DNA from: Macrostomum hystrix
Lineage: Eukaryota; Animalia; Platyhelminthes
Direction of reading: 5' to 3'
DNA length: 64,000 bases
Assembly: GCA_950097015.1 (NCBI GenBank)
Contig: CATNEN010000013.1
Location: forward strand, 682,001 to 746,000
The notes beneath the pieces are model-generated. The model did no database searches. It was given only the letters and a program-made list of their open reading frames with translations, and had not been told where the DNA came from. Shown in pieces: positions 23,391 to 36,346 of the stretch. Made by a program: the position numbers and the translations under genes. Each line of letters opens with the position of its first letter. Position 1 is the first letter of the stretch.

Positions 23391-24224
23391 GCCAAGTAGA
23401 AGAGATCTCATTCAATTATGTATAATATTTGTATATTCTATCCTCATGAATTGAAGTCCCATTACTAGTACTTTTGGGCTTCGGGAATGTCGGAAGTCAC
23501 TCCACACCTCTGGTATTCCCAGTGTTTAAGCAGTTGTCCGAGAACTGGACCTCAAACCGAAATCTTTATTAGACACGTGTATCATGAGTCAGCGGCTCCA
23601 ACCCCACTCGGGGTGGGTGGCGGGCTGGCATGCAGAGTCCAACAATTTCCGGTAAAATCATTTTGAAGACCTATCTTTTCTGAGCTTGCTGACCGAGCCT
23701 CTGACAGGAAAGTCTGTTAGCTTGAGCGGAGCTGAAAAAGGGGAAAAGAAATTTAATCTAATGTTTCGAGAGGAAGAGCGAGAGAGGGAGGCAACCGTGT
23801 TGAGGATTTTCTAAAAAAAGAAAAGGGAAATCTCGGTTGTGGAATAATTGTTGCTAACCATAATTATAATGCTATACATTTCTACCGGCTCCCAACTGTC
23901 AGTCGCCTGTCCGTCACCAGGGACACCACCCATAGACTAGAGTAAGAAAGAAAGTTAATAACGGGATCCAATGAATGGGAGAAAATATCATAATTACTAG
24001 CACAGCCGTTGGAAGTGCGGTCCCAAAAGTAGGAAAAAACTGTTTTTCTCATTGCAAAAGAATATTGGCACAGATTGTTTCGAGCTTGATGGCCCCCATC
24101 TGCCTAGCAACAGGCTGTGGCTGTGCACAGGTGGGCATAAGCATAGCGAACAATCGGCAGTGTAACGATGTTAATTTTTCACTAATATAGTTGCAAGCCA
24201 ATATATTGTGAATTGTGAATCTAG

Positions 24225-26485
24225 TGAGTAGAGAGAGCATTAAGTAGAGAGAGCAGTGAGTAGAGACAGCAGTGAGTAGAGACAGCAGTGAGTAGAGAGA
24301 GCAGTGAGTAGAGACAGCAGTGAGTAGAGAGAGCAGTGAGTAGAGAGAGCAGTGAGTAGAGAGAGCAGTGAGTAGAGAGAGCAGTGAGTAGAGAGAGCAG
24401 TGAGTAGAGACAGCAGTGAGTAGAGAGAGCAGTGAGTAGAGACAGCAGTGAGTAGAGAGAGCAGTGAGTAGAGAGAGCAGTGAGTAGAGAGAGCAGTGAG
24501 TAGAGACAGCAGTGAGTAGAGACAGCAGTGAGTAGAGAGAGCAGTGAGTAGAGACAGCAGTGAGTAGAGAGAGCAGTGAGTAGAGAGAGCAGTGAGTAGA
24601 GAGAGCAGTGAGTAGAGAGAGCAGTGAGTAGAGAGAGCAGTGGAGTGTAGAGAGAGCAGTGAGTAGAGAGAGCAGTGAGTAGAGAGAGCAGTGAGTAGAG
24701 AGAGCAGTGAGTAGAGACAGCAGTGAGTAGAGAGAGCAGTGAGTAGAGAGAGCAGTGAGTAGAGACAGCAGTGAGTAGAGAGAGCAGTGAGTAGAGAGAG
24801 GTGAGTAGAGAGAGCAGTGAGTAGAGAGAGCAGTGGTAGAGAGAGCAGTGAGTAGAGAGAGCAGTGAGTAAGAGAGCAGTGAGTAGAGAGAGCAGTGAGT
24901 AGAGAGAGCAGTGAGTAGAGACAGCAGTGAGTAGAGAGAGCAGTGAGTAGAGAGAGCAATTGAGTAGAGAGAGCAGTGAGTAGAGAGAGCAGTGAGTAGA
25001 GAGAGCAGTGAGTAGAGGAGAGCAGTGAGTAGAGACAGCAGTGAGTTGAGACAGCAGTGAGTAGAGACAGCAGTGAGTAGAGACAGCAGTGAGTAGAGAG
25101 AGCAGTGAGTAGAGACAGCAGTGAGTAGAGAGAGCAGTGAGTAGAGAGAGCAGTGAGTAGAGAGAGCAGTGAGTAGAGAGAGCAGTGAGTAGAGACAGCA
25201 GTGAGTAGAGAGAGCAGTGAGTAGAGACAGCAGTGAGTAGAGAGAGCAGTGAGTAGAGAGAGCAGTGAGTAGAGAGAGCAGTGAGTAGAGAGAGCAGTGA
25301 GGTAGAGAGAGCAGTGAGTAGAGAGAGCAGTGAGTAGAGACAGCAGTGAGTAGAGAGAGCAGTGAGTAGAGAGAGCAATGAGTAGAGAGAGCAGTGAGTA
25401 GAGAGAGCAGTGAGTAGAGAGAGCAGTGAGTAGAGAGAGCAGTGAGTAGAGACAGCAGTGAGTTGAGACAGCAGTGAGTAGAGACAGCAGTGAGTAGAGA
25501 CAGCAGTGAGTAGAGAGAGCAGTGAGTAGAGACAGCAGTGAGTAGAGAGAGCAGTGAGTAGAGAGAGCAGTGAGTAGAGAGAGCAGTGAGTAGAGAGAGC
25601 AGTGAGTAGAGAGCAGTGAGTAGAGAGAGCAGTGAGTAGAGAGAGCAGTGAGTAGAGACAGCAGTGAGTAGAGAGAGCAGTGAGTAGAGAGAGCAGTGAG
25701 TAGAGAGAGCAGTGAGTAGAGACGAGCAGTGAGTAGAGAGAGCAGTGAGTAGAGACAGCAGTGAGTAGAGACAGCAGTGAGTAGAGACAGCAGTGAGTAG
25801 AGACAGCAGTGAGTAGAGAGAGCAGTGAGTAGAGACAGCAGTGAGTAGAGAGAGCAGTGAGTAGAGAGAGCAGTGAGTAGAGGAGAGCAGTGAGTAGAGA
25901 GAGCAGTGAGTAGAGAGAGCAGTGAGTAGAGAGAGCAGTGAGTAGAGACAGCAGTGAGTAGAGAGAGCAGTGAGTAGAGAGAGCAGTGAGTAGAGACAGC
26001 AGTGAGTAGAGAGAGCAGTGAGTAGAGAGAGCAGTGAGTAGAGAGAGCAGTGAGTAGAGACAGCAGTGAGTAGAGAGAGCAGTGAGTAGAGAGAGCAGTG
26101 AGTAGAGAGAGCAGTGAGTAGAGAGAGCAGTGAGTAGAGACAGCAGTGAGTAGAGAGAGCAGTGAGTAGAGAGAGCAGTGAGTAGAGACAGCAGTGAGTA
26201 GAGAGAGCAGTGAGTAGAGAGAGCAGTGAGTAGAGAGAGCAGTGAGTAGAGACAGCAGTGAGTAGAGACAGCAGTGAGTAGAGACAGCAGTGAGTAGAGA
26301 CAGCAGTGAGTAGAGAGAGCAGTGAGTAGAGAGAGCAGTGAGTAGAGAGAGCAGTGAGTAGAGACAGCAGTGAGTAGAGAGAGCAGTGAGTAGAGACAGC
26401 AGTGAGTAGAGAGAGCAGTGAGTAGAGAGAGCAGTGAGTAGAGAGAGCAGTGAGTAGAGACAGCAGTGAGTAGAGAGAGCAGTGA
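24225..26485. repeat. 16-bp minisatellite (gcagtgagtagaga[g/c]a)n, large array
   Basis: About 140 units with sporadic indels. Confidence 0.97.
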
Positions 26486-26984
26486 AGTTTTTAAAAATCC
26501 AGCCGATTGGAATTAGTTCTTGGCAGTCTCGATCAGGTTGGCGGCAAACACACCACCCGAGTGTGAGAGTGAGAGGAGCGAGTTGTGTTGTCATTCTGAA
26601 ATGGGGAAACAGTGAACCCAGCTGTTAGCACATGCTCCGAGGCGGGGGCGGAGACACCTTCCACAGCTGCCTACCACTGAATGAACAGGGCTCCACCCAC
26701 CGTGTTTGAACAGGTGCCAGCCCGTCACGCCCCACACCTACTAGCTGCACAGTTTCACACACACTGGGAGACAGGCGTGCTTCACTATTTCAGTAGTTCC
26801 ATTTCAATAGCCACTAATGAATAGTTGCGAAATGAGCCAGGAGAAAGCGGAGTGAAAGACAGAGCTGCCAATTTGGTTGCTCGCCGGTCGCTAGCTTGGA
26901 CACGTGTTCATTTGCCAGCTTCGAATCGTGTCTGCACACTGGGAACCCGCAAAGCAGCTGGTTACATCCAATAGTTCTGCCTTT

Positions 26985-27445
26985 CAATCTCTCCCGTGTC
27001 TCATCTCCCTCCTGTCTAATCTCTACACTTTCTCATCTCTCCCGTGTCTCATCTCCCTCCTGTCTAATCTCTCCACTTTCTCATCTCTCCCGTGTCTCAT
27101 CTCTCCACTTTCTCATCTCTCCCGTGTCTCATCTCTCCCGTGTCTCATCTCTCCCGTGTCTCATCTCTCCACTTTCTCATCTCTCCCGTGTCTCATCTCT
27201 CCCGTGTCTCATCTCTCCCGTGTCTCATCTCTCCCGTGTCTCATCTCTCCCGTGTCTCATCTCTCCCGTGTCTCATCTCTCCCGTGTCTCATCTCTCCCG
27301 TGTCTCATCTCTCCCGTGTCTCATCTCTCCCGTGTCTCATCTCTCCCGTGTCTCATCTCTCCTGTGTCTCATCTCTCCTGTGTCTCATCTCCCTCCTGTC
27401 TAATCTCTCCACTTTTCTCATCTCTCCCGTGTCTCATCTCTCCTA
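26985..27445. repeat. 16-bp minisatellite (tctcatctctcccgtg)n
   Basis: Seen directly. Confidence 0.95.
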
Positions 27446-28472
27446 TCTCGAATCTATTCCTAGTTTCATCCCGGCCCATTCCCCTGCCAGGCATAAAAGT
27501 TTGCCGACCCTGCCCTGACTCGCCAGTGTCTGTGGACAGTAGCAAGTCTGTCTCCTTCAATTTGTCGCAAAGAAAGTATTTGATAAATCTCTTTGCGGAG
27601 ATTTAATTTTTTCCACCTGGAAACTGAACTAATCAGGCGGGGAGAATGCTAATCCTGGAATTGCGTGTCACCTCTCGAGACCGCCCCTCGGGTCTCCTGG
27701 GACGCGGATCTTGATCCTGTTGCTGAGGAGGCAAATCTTCCTAGAAAAAAAGAATAGCCTATTAAAAAGAGGATTTGCATATCTGATTTCCAAAGCTTGA
27801 AAGCAAAGGAAACAGAAGTGCCTCTCGTTTGAATTCGCTGCATCACGCGCTCTGGGATCTGTGGGGGATCTGACGGGATTGTGGGAGAATTAATCCCAAT
27901 AGCGCGTGTGTGCTCCTGTTCCTATTTCCTCTGGCTTTTGGGAATCCGACTGCGACGACAAAGTCGAAATTGAGAACTGGCCCCCCATCTGTTTTGAAAG
28001 GTGGGACGGGAGAGCGGTGGGCCATTAAAACAGGCGGTAATTCAATTATGTATTATCTACCCCTGGGCTCGCAGCGGATGGTCAGTGATGGATTAACCGC
28101 TTCCTCTCTCTACCCCTCCCTCCCAGTTCCCATTGCCTGGCGAAGAGAAGATGGCACAGCTTCACATAGGGATCAGAATCTCAATAGAGAGTGGCCGACA
28201 ATCGCTCTTCCGCTGGCAATTCCTCTATATTTCTGCTTGATTTACGAACCCTAAGCTTCCCCTCTCTTCCTCTCTCTGCCTCTTTGCCTGATGTTGCGAG
28301 TTGCATATGTGGGATTAAACTCAAGAAAGTTGCAAGTCTTGAATAATTATTTAATTATTACTCGTTGAGGACAATCGATAAGGATATTAACTTTTGGCTC
28401 GTGTTCAGGGGTAGGGCAAACTCCAATTCACCAAGTGACCAATCCACAAATCCTATCTTATCTTTTTTCTTC

Positions 28473-28950
28473 TCTCTCCCGTGTCTCACCTCTCCCATTT
28501 CTCATCTCTACCCTGTTTCATCTCTCCCCTGTCTCATCTCTCCCCTGTCTCATCTCTCCCCTGTCTCATCTCTCCCGTGTCTGATCTCTCCCGTGTCTGA
28601 TCTCTCCCCTGTCTCATCTCTCCCCTGTCTCATCTCTCCCCTGTCTCATCTCTCCCCTGTCTCATCTCTCCCTGTCTCATCTCTCCCGTGTCTCATCTCT
28701 CCCGTGTCTCATCTCTCCCGTGTCTCATCTGTCCTGTGTCTCATCTCTCCCGTGTCTCATCTCTCCCGTGTCTCATCTCTCCCGTGTCTCATCTGTCCCG
28801 TGTCTCATCTCTCCCGTGTCTCATCTCTCCCGTGTCTCATCTCTCCTGTGTCTCATCTGTCCCGTGTCTCATCTCTCCTATGTCTCATCTGTCCCGTGTC
28901 TCATCTCTTCCGTGTCTCATTGCTCCCTGTCTCATCTCTCCCCTGTCTCC
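28473..28950. repeat. 16-bp minisatellite (tctcatctctccc[g/c]tg)n
   Basis: Seen directly; same family as 27.0 kb. Confidence 0.95.
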
Positions 28951-29439
28951 TTGAACCCGTGTAGTCAGCCATAAAACGCGAACCTCATCCAACGCACCAA
29001 ATTAGCCTAGCAACCAGGACGAAAGTGCAAGATGCGGGATTATGAGGACACAAGCAGCCTAGCGCGCAACATCACAGCCTTTTCACCAGATTTCAGTCCA
29101 GTAGATTTGAGTCTAAATCTTCTCCTCTTAAATCCGTCTTGAGTAGCCGGGTGCCATCTGGGGGCATTTCTTTGAGAAAATCGTTTCTCAGAAATCCAAG
29201 TCAGCTTCCATTGCGCAAAGCATTGAGAAGCTGATGAAAATTCTGTTTTCTTATGTACAAGTCTGCTTTTCCTTCGCGCGGAAATTGTCATCAATTTTGT
29301 CAATGGGACACAATTTATTTTTTGCGCGTTGAACTCAGCATTGGGATTAAGGTCTTAATCCATTGCCACACGCACCCGACGCCTCGCAAACTGTTTTCTG
29401 CCTTTTTCAAACAGTCCTCGGATGACCTCACGCAATCTA

Positions 29440-29459
29440 TCAATCTATCAATCTATCTT

Positions 29460-29493
<34 letters not shown>

Positions 29494-29518
29494 CATCTAT
29501 CTATCTGTCTATCTATCC

Positions 29519-29561
<43 letters not shown>

Positions 29562-29562
29562 C

Positions 29563-29609
<47 letters not shown>

Positions 29610-29634
29610 CATCTATCTATCTGTCTATCTATCC

Positions 29635-29713
<79 letters not shown>

Positions 29714-29771
29714 CATCTATCTGTCTATCTATCCATCTATCTATCTGTCTATCTATCCATCTATCTATCTG

Positions 29772-29837
<66 letters not shown>

Positions 29838-29866
29838 CATCCATCTATCTATCTGTCTATCTATCC

Positions 29867-29898
<32 letters not shown>

Positions 29899-29926
29899 CT
29901 CTATCCATCTATCTATCTATCTATCC

Positions 29927-29970
<44 letters not shown>

Positions 29971-29975
29971 GTCTA
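29440..29975. repeat. (TATC)n / GATA tetranucleotide microsatellite
   Basis: About 530 bp of tatc with ccat and tgtc variants. Confidence 0.97.
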
Positions 29976-30584
29976 TTTCCCGCATTCTACTATTACTGCT
30001 CATGGGAAAGAGTGAGGAAGAAAGCCGGAAATCTCCCAACACGCTGCATCCCTGCTCCATTCCAATTTCCTCCCGCACACCCACTCAAAACTCCCCACGC
30101 AATTAGTTCTCTCTCCCAGTTTCGCTGTTTCTCCCACAGGCAGTTTCTCGCACTGTCCTCACAGCCATTTCACTCTGGCCAAGCCGCACACGAGAGACCA
30201 GACCGCGTGCGAACCACCCTGAGCCACTTGGTCGCTGTAGATTGTACTTCTCTCTCCCTTCCTCCCAGTGCAAGCCACTGCAGCCGCCCCGACTGTCTTA
30301 GAAGTGAGTCTGTAGGCCAGGCGGGGTGAAGATGCTAATCTCGCTCTTCTTCTAATCTCACTCAGTCTGTGCTCAACATTCTCTGATTTTTTTCCAATCT
30401 TCGATTTAAAGGATGTCCTGATATAAGGAGGAACTCGAGCCAAGGAACTCGGAATCGAAAAATTTAGAGCAAGACAAAGTGCGCAATTTTCTGCTTTAAT
30501 TGACAGTTTTGTGTCGGGATTTGGCAACCTCCACCTCCTTTGGTGACCTGTCCATCGACCCTTGAAACACCTACTCTACCAGTG

Positions 30585-30970
30585 CCTCATCTCTCCCGTG
30601 TCTCATCTCTCCCGTGTCTCATCTCTCCCGTGTCTCATCTCTCCCGTGTCTCATCTCTCCCGTGTCTCATCTCTCCCGTGTCTCATCTCTCCCCTGTCTC
30701 ATCTCTCCCATTTCTCATCTCTCCCGTGTCTCACCTCTCCCATTTCTCATCTCTCCCCTGTCTCATCTCTCCCCTGTCTCATCTCTCCCCTGTCTGATCT
30801 CTCCCCTGTCTCATCTCTCCCGTGTCTCATCTCTCCCGTGTCTCATCTCTCCCGTGTCTCATCTCTCCCGTGTCTCATCTCTCCCGTGTCTCATCTCTCC
30901 TGTGTCTCATCTCTCCTGTGTCTCATCTCTCCCGTGTCTCATCTCTCCCGTGTCTCATCTCTCCTGTGTC
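30585..30970. repeat. 16-bp minisatellite (tctcatctctcccgtg)n
   Basis: Seen directly; third + strand copy of the family. Confidence 0.95.
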
Positions 30971-31869
30971 TTAACTCTCTCTTTCACCAAGTCGATCCGG
31001 CCCAATGTGATCATTGGTTTCTCTGTTCGGCTCGTGAGGTATTCCGGGTTTTGATCGCCTTCGTAGCTTCCATCGCGTGTCTCTTCTCTCAGCAAAAGGT
31101 AGATTCAGTATTTATGAATAAAATCTTCATTTCCATCTTGAAGCGTTGCCGTCACATCTGCGGCGGAAATCTCACTCGTGCAGACATGGGATCTTCTGAG
31201 ACAACACGTCCCCTCTCTCAGCCCTCCTCACCTCCTTCCGACGGCGGCGGTGGCAGTAGCAGCTGCTGCTGTTGCTTCTAGAGGGACACTCCAGAGAGAT
31301 GCAATGCAAAATAGCGCTCACAGGAGGCGGTGGGGGTGGGGTGGCCACTTACTCATGCGGCTGCCTAATGCTCGCCATCTGCAGCCTGGATGAGCTGCCC
31401 AGCTGCATTAATCCTACCTTAACTAGTTACGTAATCGGTTTCTGGGAATCTGCTAGATGTTGCCGCTGAGATAGTCCGGCCTGATACTGTTATTATTTAT
31501 ACATTTTTTCGCTCCCAGCTTCATCAATCCCATAGCCTTCGTTTTCATTTTCATTTCAGCTTCAAGTATATTTTGTGGCATTATTAAAATGCTGAATTTC
31601 TTGTCGTTACGCAACGGCACTCCTTGTCCAATGCTGTTGTTGTCACGCCTCTTAGGTGTGAAAATGTGACTTAATTATTTGATGTAATCAAGACTGAAAT
31701 CTCCTGATTTTTAGTCGAGGTCGTGTAGGAAAATCGTGTTTACGAGAGGGAGCATGCTGTCCCTCACGAGGTGTTAATTACTGAAAATATGGGTGCCATA
31801 AATGTGACGTAACATGTCAGCGTAATTGAGAATTGTTTTAAATTCTCAAAATGCAGACAGCTATAGAAC

Positions 31870-32172
31870 AAGATACAGACATTTACAGACAAAATACAGA
31901 CAGTTACAGACTGAGATACAGGCAGTTACAGACTGAGATACAGGCAGTTACAGACCAAGATACAGACAGCTACAGACTGAGATACAGGCAGTTACAGACT
32001 GAGATACAGGCAGTTACAGACTGAGATACAGGCAGTTACAGACAAAATACAGACAGTTACAGACTAAGATACAGGCAGTTACAGACTGAGATACAGGCAG
32101 TTACAGACTAAGATACAGACAGCTACAGACTGAGATACAGGCAGTTACAGACTGAGATACAGGCAGTTACAG
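31870..32172. repeat. 22-bp minisatellite (gttacagactgagatacaggca)n
   Basis: About 13 units just upstream of the signal-peptide exon. Confidence 0.9.
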
Positions 32173-32336
32173 TCAAATACACAAATATTCATGCACAAGG
32201 GTGCCATATTCTTAGCTTGCATTGAAATTGATTTAAAAGGGTTTCGAATTTCTGAAATTTTGCAGACAACGGAAGCAGCTGCTCAGAAAACTGCTCCGCC
32301 TCATCAGATTGCTCAAACAGAACAACTCAGCAGGCC

Positions 32337-32499
32337 ATGAGGCCGGGGCCATCGGCAGAACAAAAATGGTCATTGTCGCCGTCTAGGCGACCGCTGCTGC
32401 CGCTGCTGCTGCTGCTGCTGCTGCTGCTGCCGTTGCTGTTGCTTCGACCCGCAGTCGGACTGACTGTCACCTCCTCCGTTGCTGCAGTTCGTCAGTTCG
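32337..32499 (+). CDS. CDON/BOC/Ihog-like receptor: signal-peptide exon (exon starts at 32266)
   Basis: gccATG at 32337; MRPGPSAEQKWSLSPSRRP-LLPLLLLLLLLLPLLLL-RPAVG|LT has signal-peptide architecture. Donor TTCG|gtgagt at 32500 (phase 1) matches the 52630 acceptor. The link across the 20-kb intron is inferred from phase and domain logic. Confidence 0.7.
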
Positions 32500-34942
32500 G
32501 TGAGTTTTTTCTCATTCCCGGCTGAAAGCAGATTTCGTAGGCAATTGTTTGACAATTTACCAACGATTGCGCAGTGCAGGACGCATGACTAATTCTGGAT
32601 TCTCATGCGCCATATTCAAGTAAGGTTCTTTGTTCTATCCGGGTTAGAAAAATTGGTGATTTTATTTTCTGTTTGTCCTCGATCAACGATGCGTCACGAT
32701 CGACTCACTTCCTTCTGCCAGCCCAGTGCTCAGCTCCATCCTCACACAGATATCTACGGCGAGGATTTTCTCCTTGGCTTTCGTTAAAAACGCCACTGAA
32801 AACCTAATGTACAGCTGTCAGTCCGTGGACTGGGGAGGCCGGCATACCCACCCGAGTATCTACCCCAGCTCATGCTGGTACCTATTTTATAACCGGGTGA
32901 ACTTAAGATTCGAACTCCCGACCTCTGACACCTCTCACACTCCCGACCGTCAAAAAAATTATTTTTTTTGCTTTGTTTCTAGAAAAATATTTGTTATTCA
33001 TCACCCACTTTTTAATCACTAAAGAGGCCAGTCTTTTCAATTTCCATTTCCATTTCAATTTCTCAAAATCAGCAGTTTTCAGTCTGCCTTCAGGGAAATA
33101 TTTTAGCCCTACTTAAACGTGGTGCATTGATTAAAAGTACCTAAAAATTGAGTTGATTAAAATTGTTCATTGTGGATAGCCCAGCCATTCATTTGAGCAT
33201 TCATTTGTCTTTTTTCCCCTTCGCAGTCTGTCGGCCATCGCGCCTTAGTCACTTGGAAACGGGTTGGGGAGAGAGTGGGAAAAAATTGAAAGCCACGGGG
33301 ACAAAAGAGCAGAATCCCACCCATTACGGTGATTGCTCATGTCACTCGGTCCTTTCTCTCCCTCACCCCTCCCCCCTCCACTTACCAAGCCGGCAAGCTG
33401 TGAGCACTTTGGAGAGGCCGTTGGAAAAAAATCTAATTAAATTGATCATTTTTTGTGACCCCTCAGACTTCGCTCTGTCGAACTTGTCCCACCCGACCCG
33501 CTAGCCTGTTGCCATGGTGATAATTGCAGCAGCGGGCCCATGGGAGAACGGGGACACAGGAGTTAGTGAGGGATTAACTGTGGCTGCCCGCTGATGGGGT
33601 TGAGTATTATATCTATGCAGAGCTCTCTATCTGCCACCCTGTATGCGTGTCCCTTCTCAGCCTCTATAATCTCTCGCTGGAGCCACTTGGTCTATCCCCG
33701 TCTGTCTCGGCAGCAGCGGCCGCCGCCGCAGTCGCCGCCGCCGCCGGCGCGGCGCGGTCTTGCTCGCGAGTCTCTGCCGATGCAGTTTGCTCCGACAGCA
33801 ACAACAAAAAAAACTGCGGTTCAAGTCACTTCTTGGTGCGGACAGCCGCCCCCTCCCTCTCTGCTCAGCAACTGTCCGTCCGCCAATCCCTTAACTACCT
33901 TAAGTTTTCTACATTTTATAGACAATTTTTTGTTCAATTGACAGCGGGCCATAGGAGTAGTAGGCTATTAGCCTGGCAGCAGCATGGAGACAGCCAGTCT
34001 GGGATTTTGTCGCTACGCGGTATTTTCTCAGAGTGAGATACAGGTTTCCTGGCTATAATAATGGGCGCTGTTATTGCTGGGATGAAGCGATCCTTTATCC
34101 AGTCACTCCCAGCTCCCAGTCAGTTCTCAGTGTCGGCATTTTGGGTTTCAGTTATCCTGACAAGAAAACACGAGATGTTTCTCTCATGCCGGTGCCAGAC
34201 ACATGCTTAATACTCAACGATAAATTGAGCTGGATTAAGCTGAAGGACTGCCGACTCTTGTCGAGTGTCCCATTCTTCCTACTCATCTGCCATTCTAGAT
34301 GCTAAAGATATTCATCGCAACTCAACAGTCTTCCTCCATTGGCTAGATAGACGGATATACCATTTTCTTAAGCGGCCCAAACACTTCAGAGATAGTGAGG
34401 CCTGTGCGAGTGTGTGACAGCCGTCACACCGTGTCTTCAAGCTCACAGTTGCTAAGCGCTCATCACGCAAATCTTCCCGATCTAATCTCACGGGCCATTG
34501 TGACTGTGCCAGCAGCAGCAGCAGCAGCAGCGGTGGCTGTGGGAGAATAAATTATGCTTTATATCTTTCTGGCCATGTTTAAAAAACTTGAGATGACTCA
34601 AGGGATGGTTCGGTGGTCCGCAGCTGCAGCAGCTGCTGCTGACGGTGGGAAGCCATTGACTAGATTGAAAAGACAATGGTTAAAACTGACAGGCAGGGTG
34701 AGTTGGACTAGATGTGAAACTCAAATTCAGATTTTTTATAAGCAAAAACTAGCTTTGAGTGCTTACTACTCAGTGATTTGATTTCTATAGCAAAATGAAA
34801 CAGACAGCAATAACATAAAACAATCAGTTACGCAGAAAACTATTTCACTTCAACAGAATTACATCTGAAGTGAATTGCGCAACATCATAATTTAGTGCCA
34901 TCAACCGCCTCTTTACAGCAAATTGACGAAACAGCAAAGCAA

Positions 34943-35463
34943 AGCAGTGAGTAAAGAGAGCAGTGAGTAGAGAGAGCAGTGAGTAGAGAGTGCAGTGAGT
35001 AGAGAGAGCAGTGAGTAGAGACAGCAGTTGAGTAGAGACAGCAGTGAGTAGAGACAGCAGTGAGTAGAGAGAGCAGTGAGTAGAGAGAGCAGTGAGTAGA
35101 GACAGCAGTGAGTAGAGAGAGCAGTGAGTAGAGACAGCAGTGAGTAGAGACAACAGTGAGTAGAGAGAGCAGTGAGTAGAGAGAGCAGTGAGTAGAGAGA
35201 GCAGTGAGTAGAGAGAGCAGTGAGTAGAGACAGCAGTGAGTAGAGAGAGCAGTGAGTAGAGAGAGCAGTGAGTAGAGAGAGCAGTGAGTAGAGAGAGCAG
35301 TGAGTAGAGACAGCAGTGAGTAGAGACAGCAGTGAGTAGAGACAGCAGTGAGTAGAGACAGCAGTGAGTAGAGACAGCAGTGAGTAGAGACAGCAGTGAG
35401 TAGAGAGAGCAGTGAGTAGAGAGAGCAGTGAGTAGAGACAGCAGTGAGTAGAGAGAGCAGTGA
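34943..35463. repeat. Second array of the 16-bp gcagtgagtagagaga minisatellite
   Basis: About 32 units, same unit and orientation as 24.2-26.5 kb. Confidence 0.95.
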
Positions 35464-36346
35464 TTATGAGTAGGGCTCCGTCTTTGATGGAACGAATTAT
35501 TTTATTAGTTCATTACAGAGATTAAGTTAAACTTGTAGCTATGTGGGAGAGCGCCTTTGAATCTTCATGTTAAGTGAGTTTATTTAACATAATATTTTAA
35601 CAAAGGAAATACTTATATATCATTCATTAACTTTTATCGATATAGGAATTTGATATAAATTACAGTAAATTTCTATTCATTTTCTGATTTTCTACACTCG
35701 CGGCATCCTGAAGATGCCATCTGACACCATAGTCTGAAATGTCATTCACTCCCTAAATCCCCACGGCCACCAGTTGATTCCCAAAATAGCCCGCTGCTAG
35801 CACGTGGCAGCTGTCATTCGGTTGTGATGGCGGCTGACTGTCTACCTACAGCGTTGCGACAAACATACGGGAGGCATGGATGGCAACTAAATTCCTGTTG
35901 CTTGCGAGTACTCTCTGGTGTTCATTACGCAATCAGTTTCAGAAGTCAAATCCTCCATAAGGTTCTCCTGTCTGCTTCTTATTTTTATATTCTGTTTTTC
36001 TTTCTGACAGATTCTTAGGAGGAGGAAAAATTTTCTCTTTGATTCGTCACAACCATCACAAGCCCCTCAACATCAGCAAGCGAGACTCGGGGGAATCATC
36101 CGGGACTAAATCATGAATAAAAGAGGAACTGAACAAACGACGCATAGGGCTAATTAAATCCGGAACCCATTCCCAATTCGCAAAGCATTTTAATTTGAAA
36201 CAAAACGAGGCAGCCTGACAAACGTCTGTTGCCAAGTTTACGAGCTGAGTCAAACCAATTGGTTTGAGTAGGGGCAGGAGAAACTAGGTGACCTGTTCTG
36301 CTGGATTTTTTACTTTAAAAAAATCTTGGCGTATCTTATTATATCT

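Noticed and set aside
15902-31281. Many long ORFs in all frames (e.g. 24240..26594, 18710..19708, 29253..30329, 17366..17995)
   Set aside because: They coincide exactly with stop-free tandem units, are open in several frames and on both strands, and lack splice signals or codon-position bias.
32266-32336. Stop-free in-frame stretch upstream of the receptor ATG
   Set aside because: Only 23 codons with no upstream ATG-bearing exon found; the signal peptide fits initiation at 32337.
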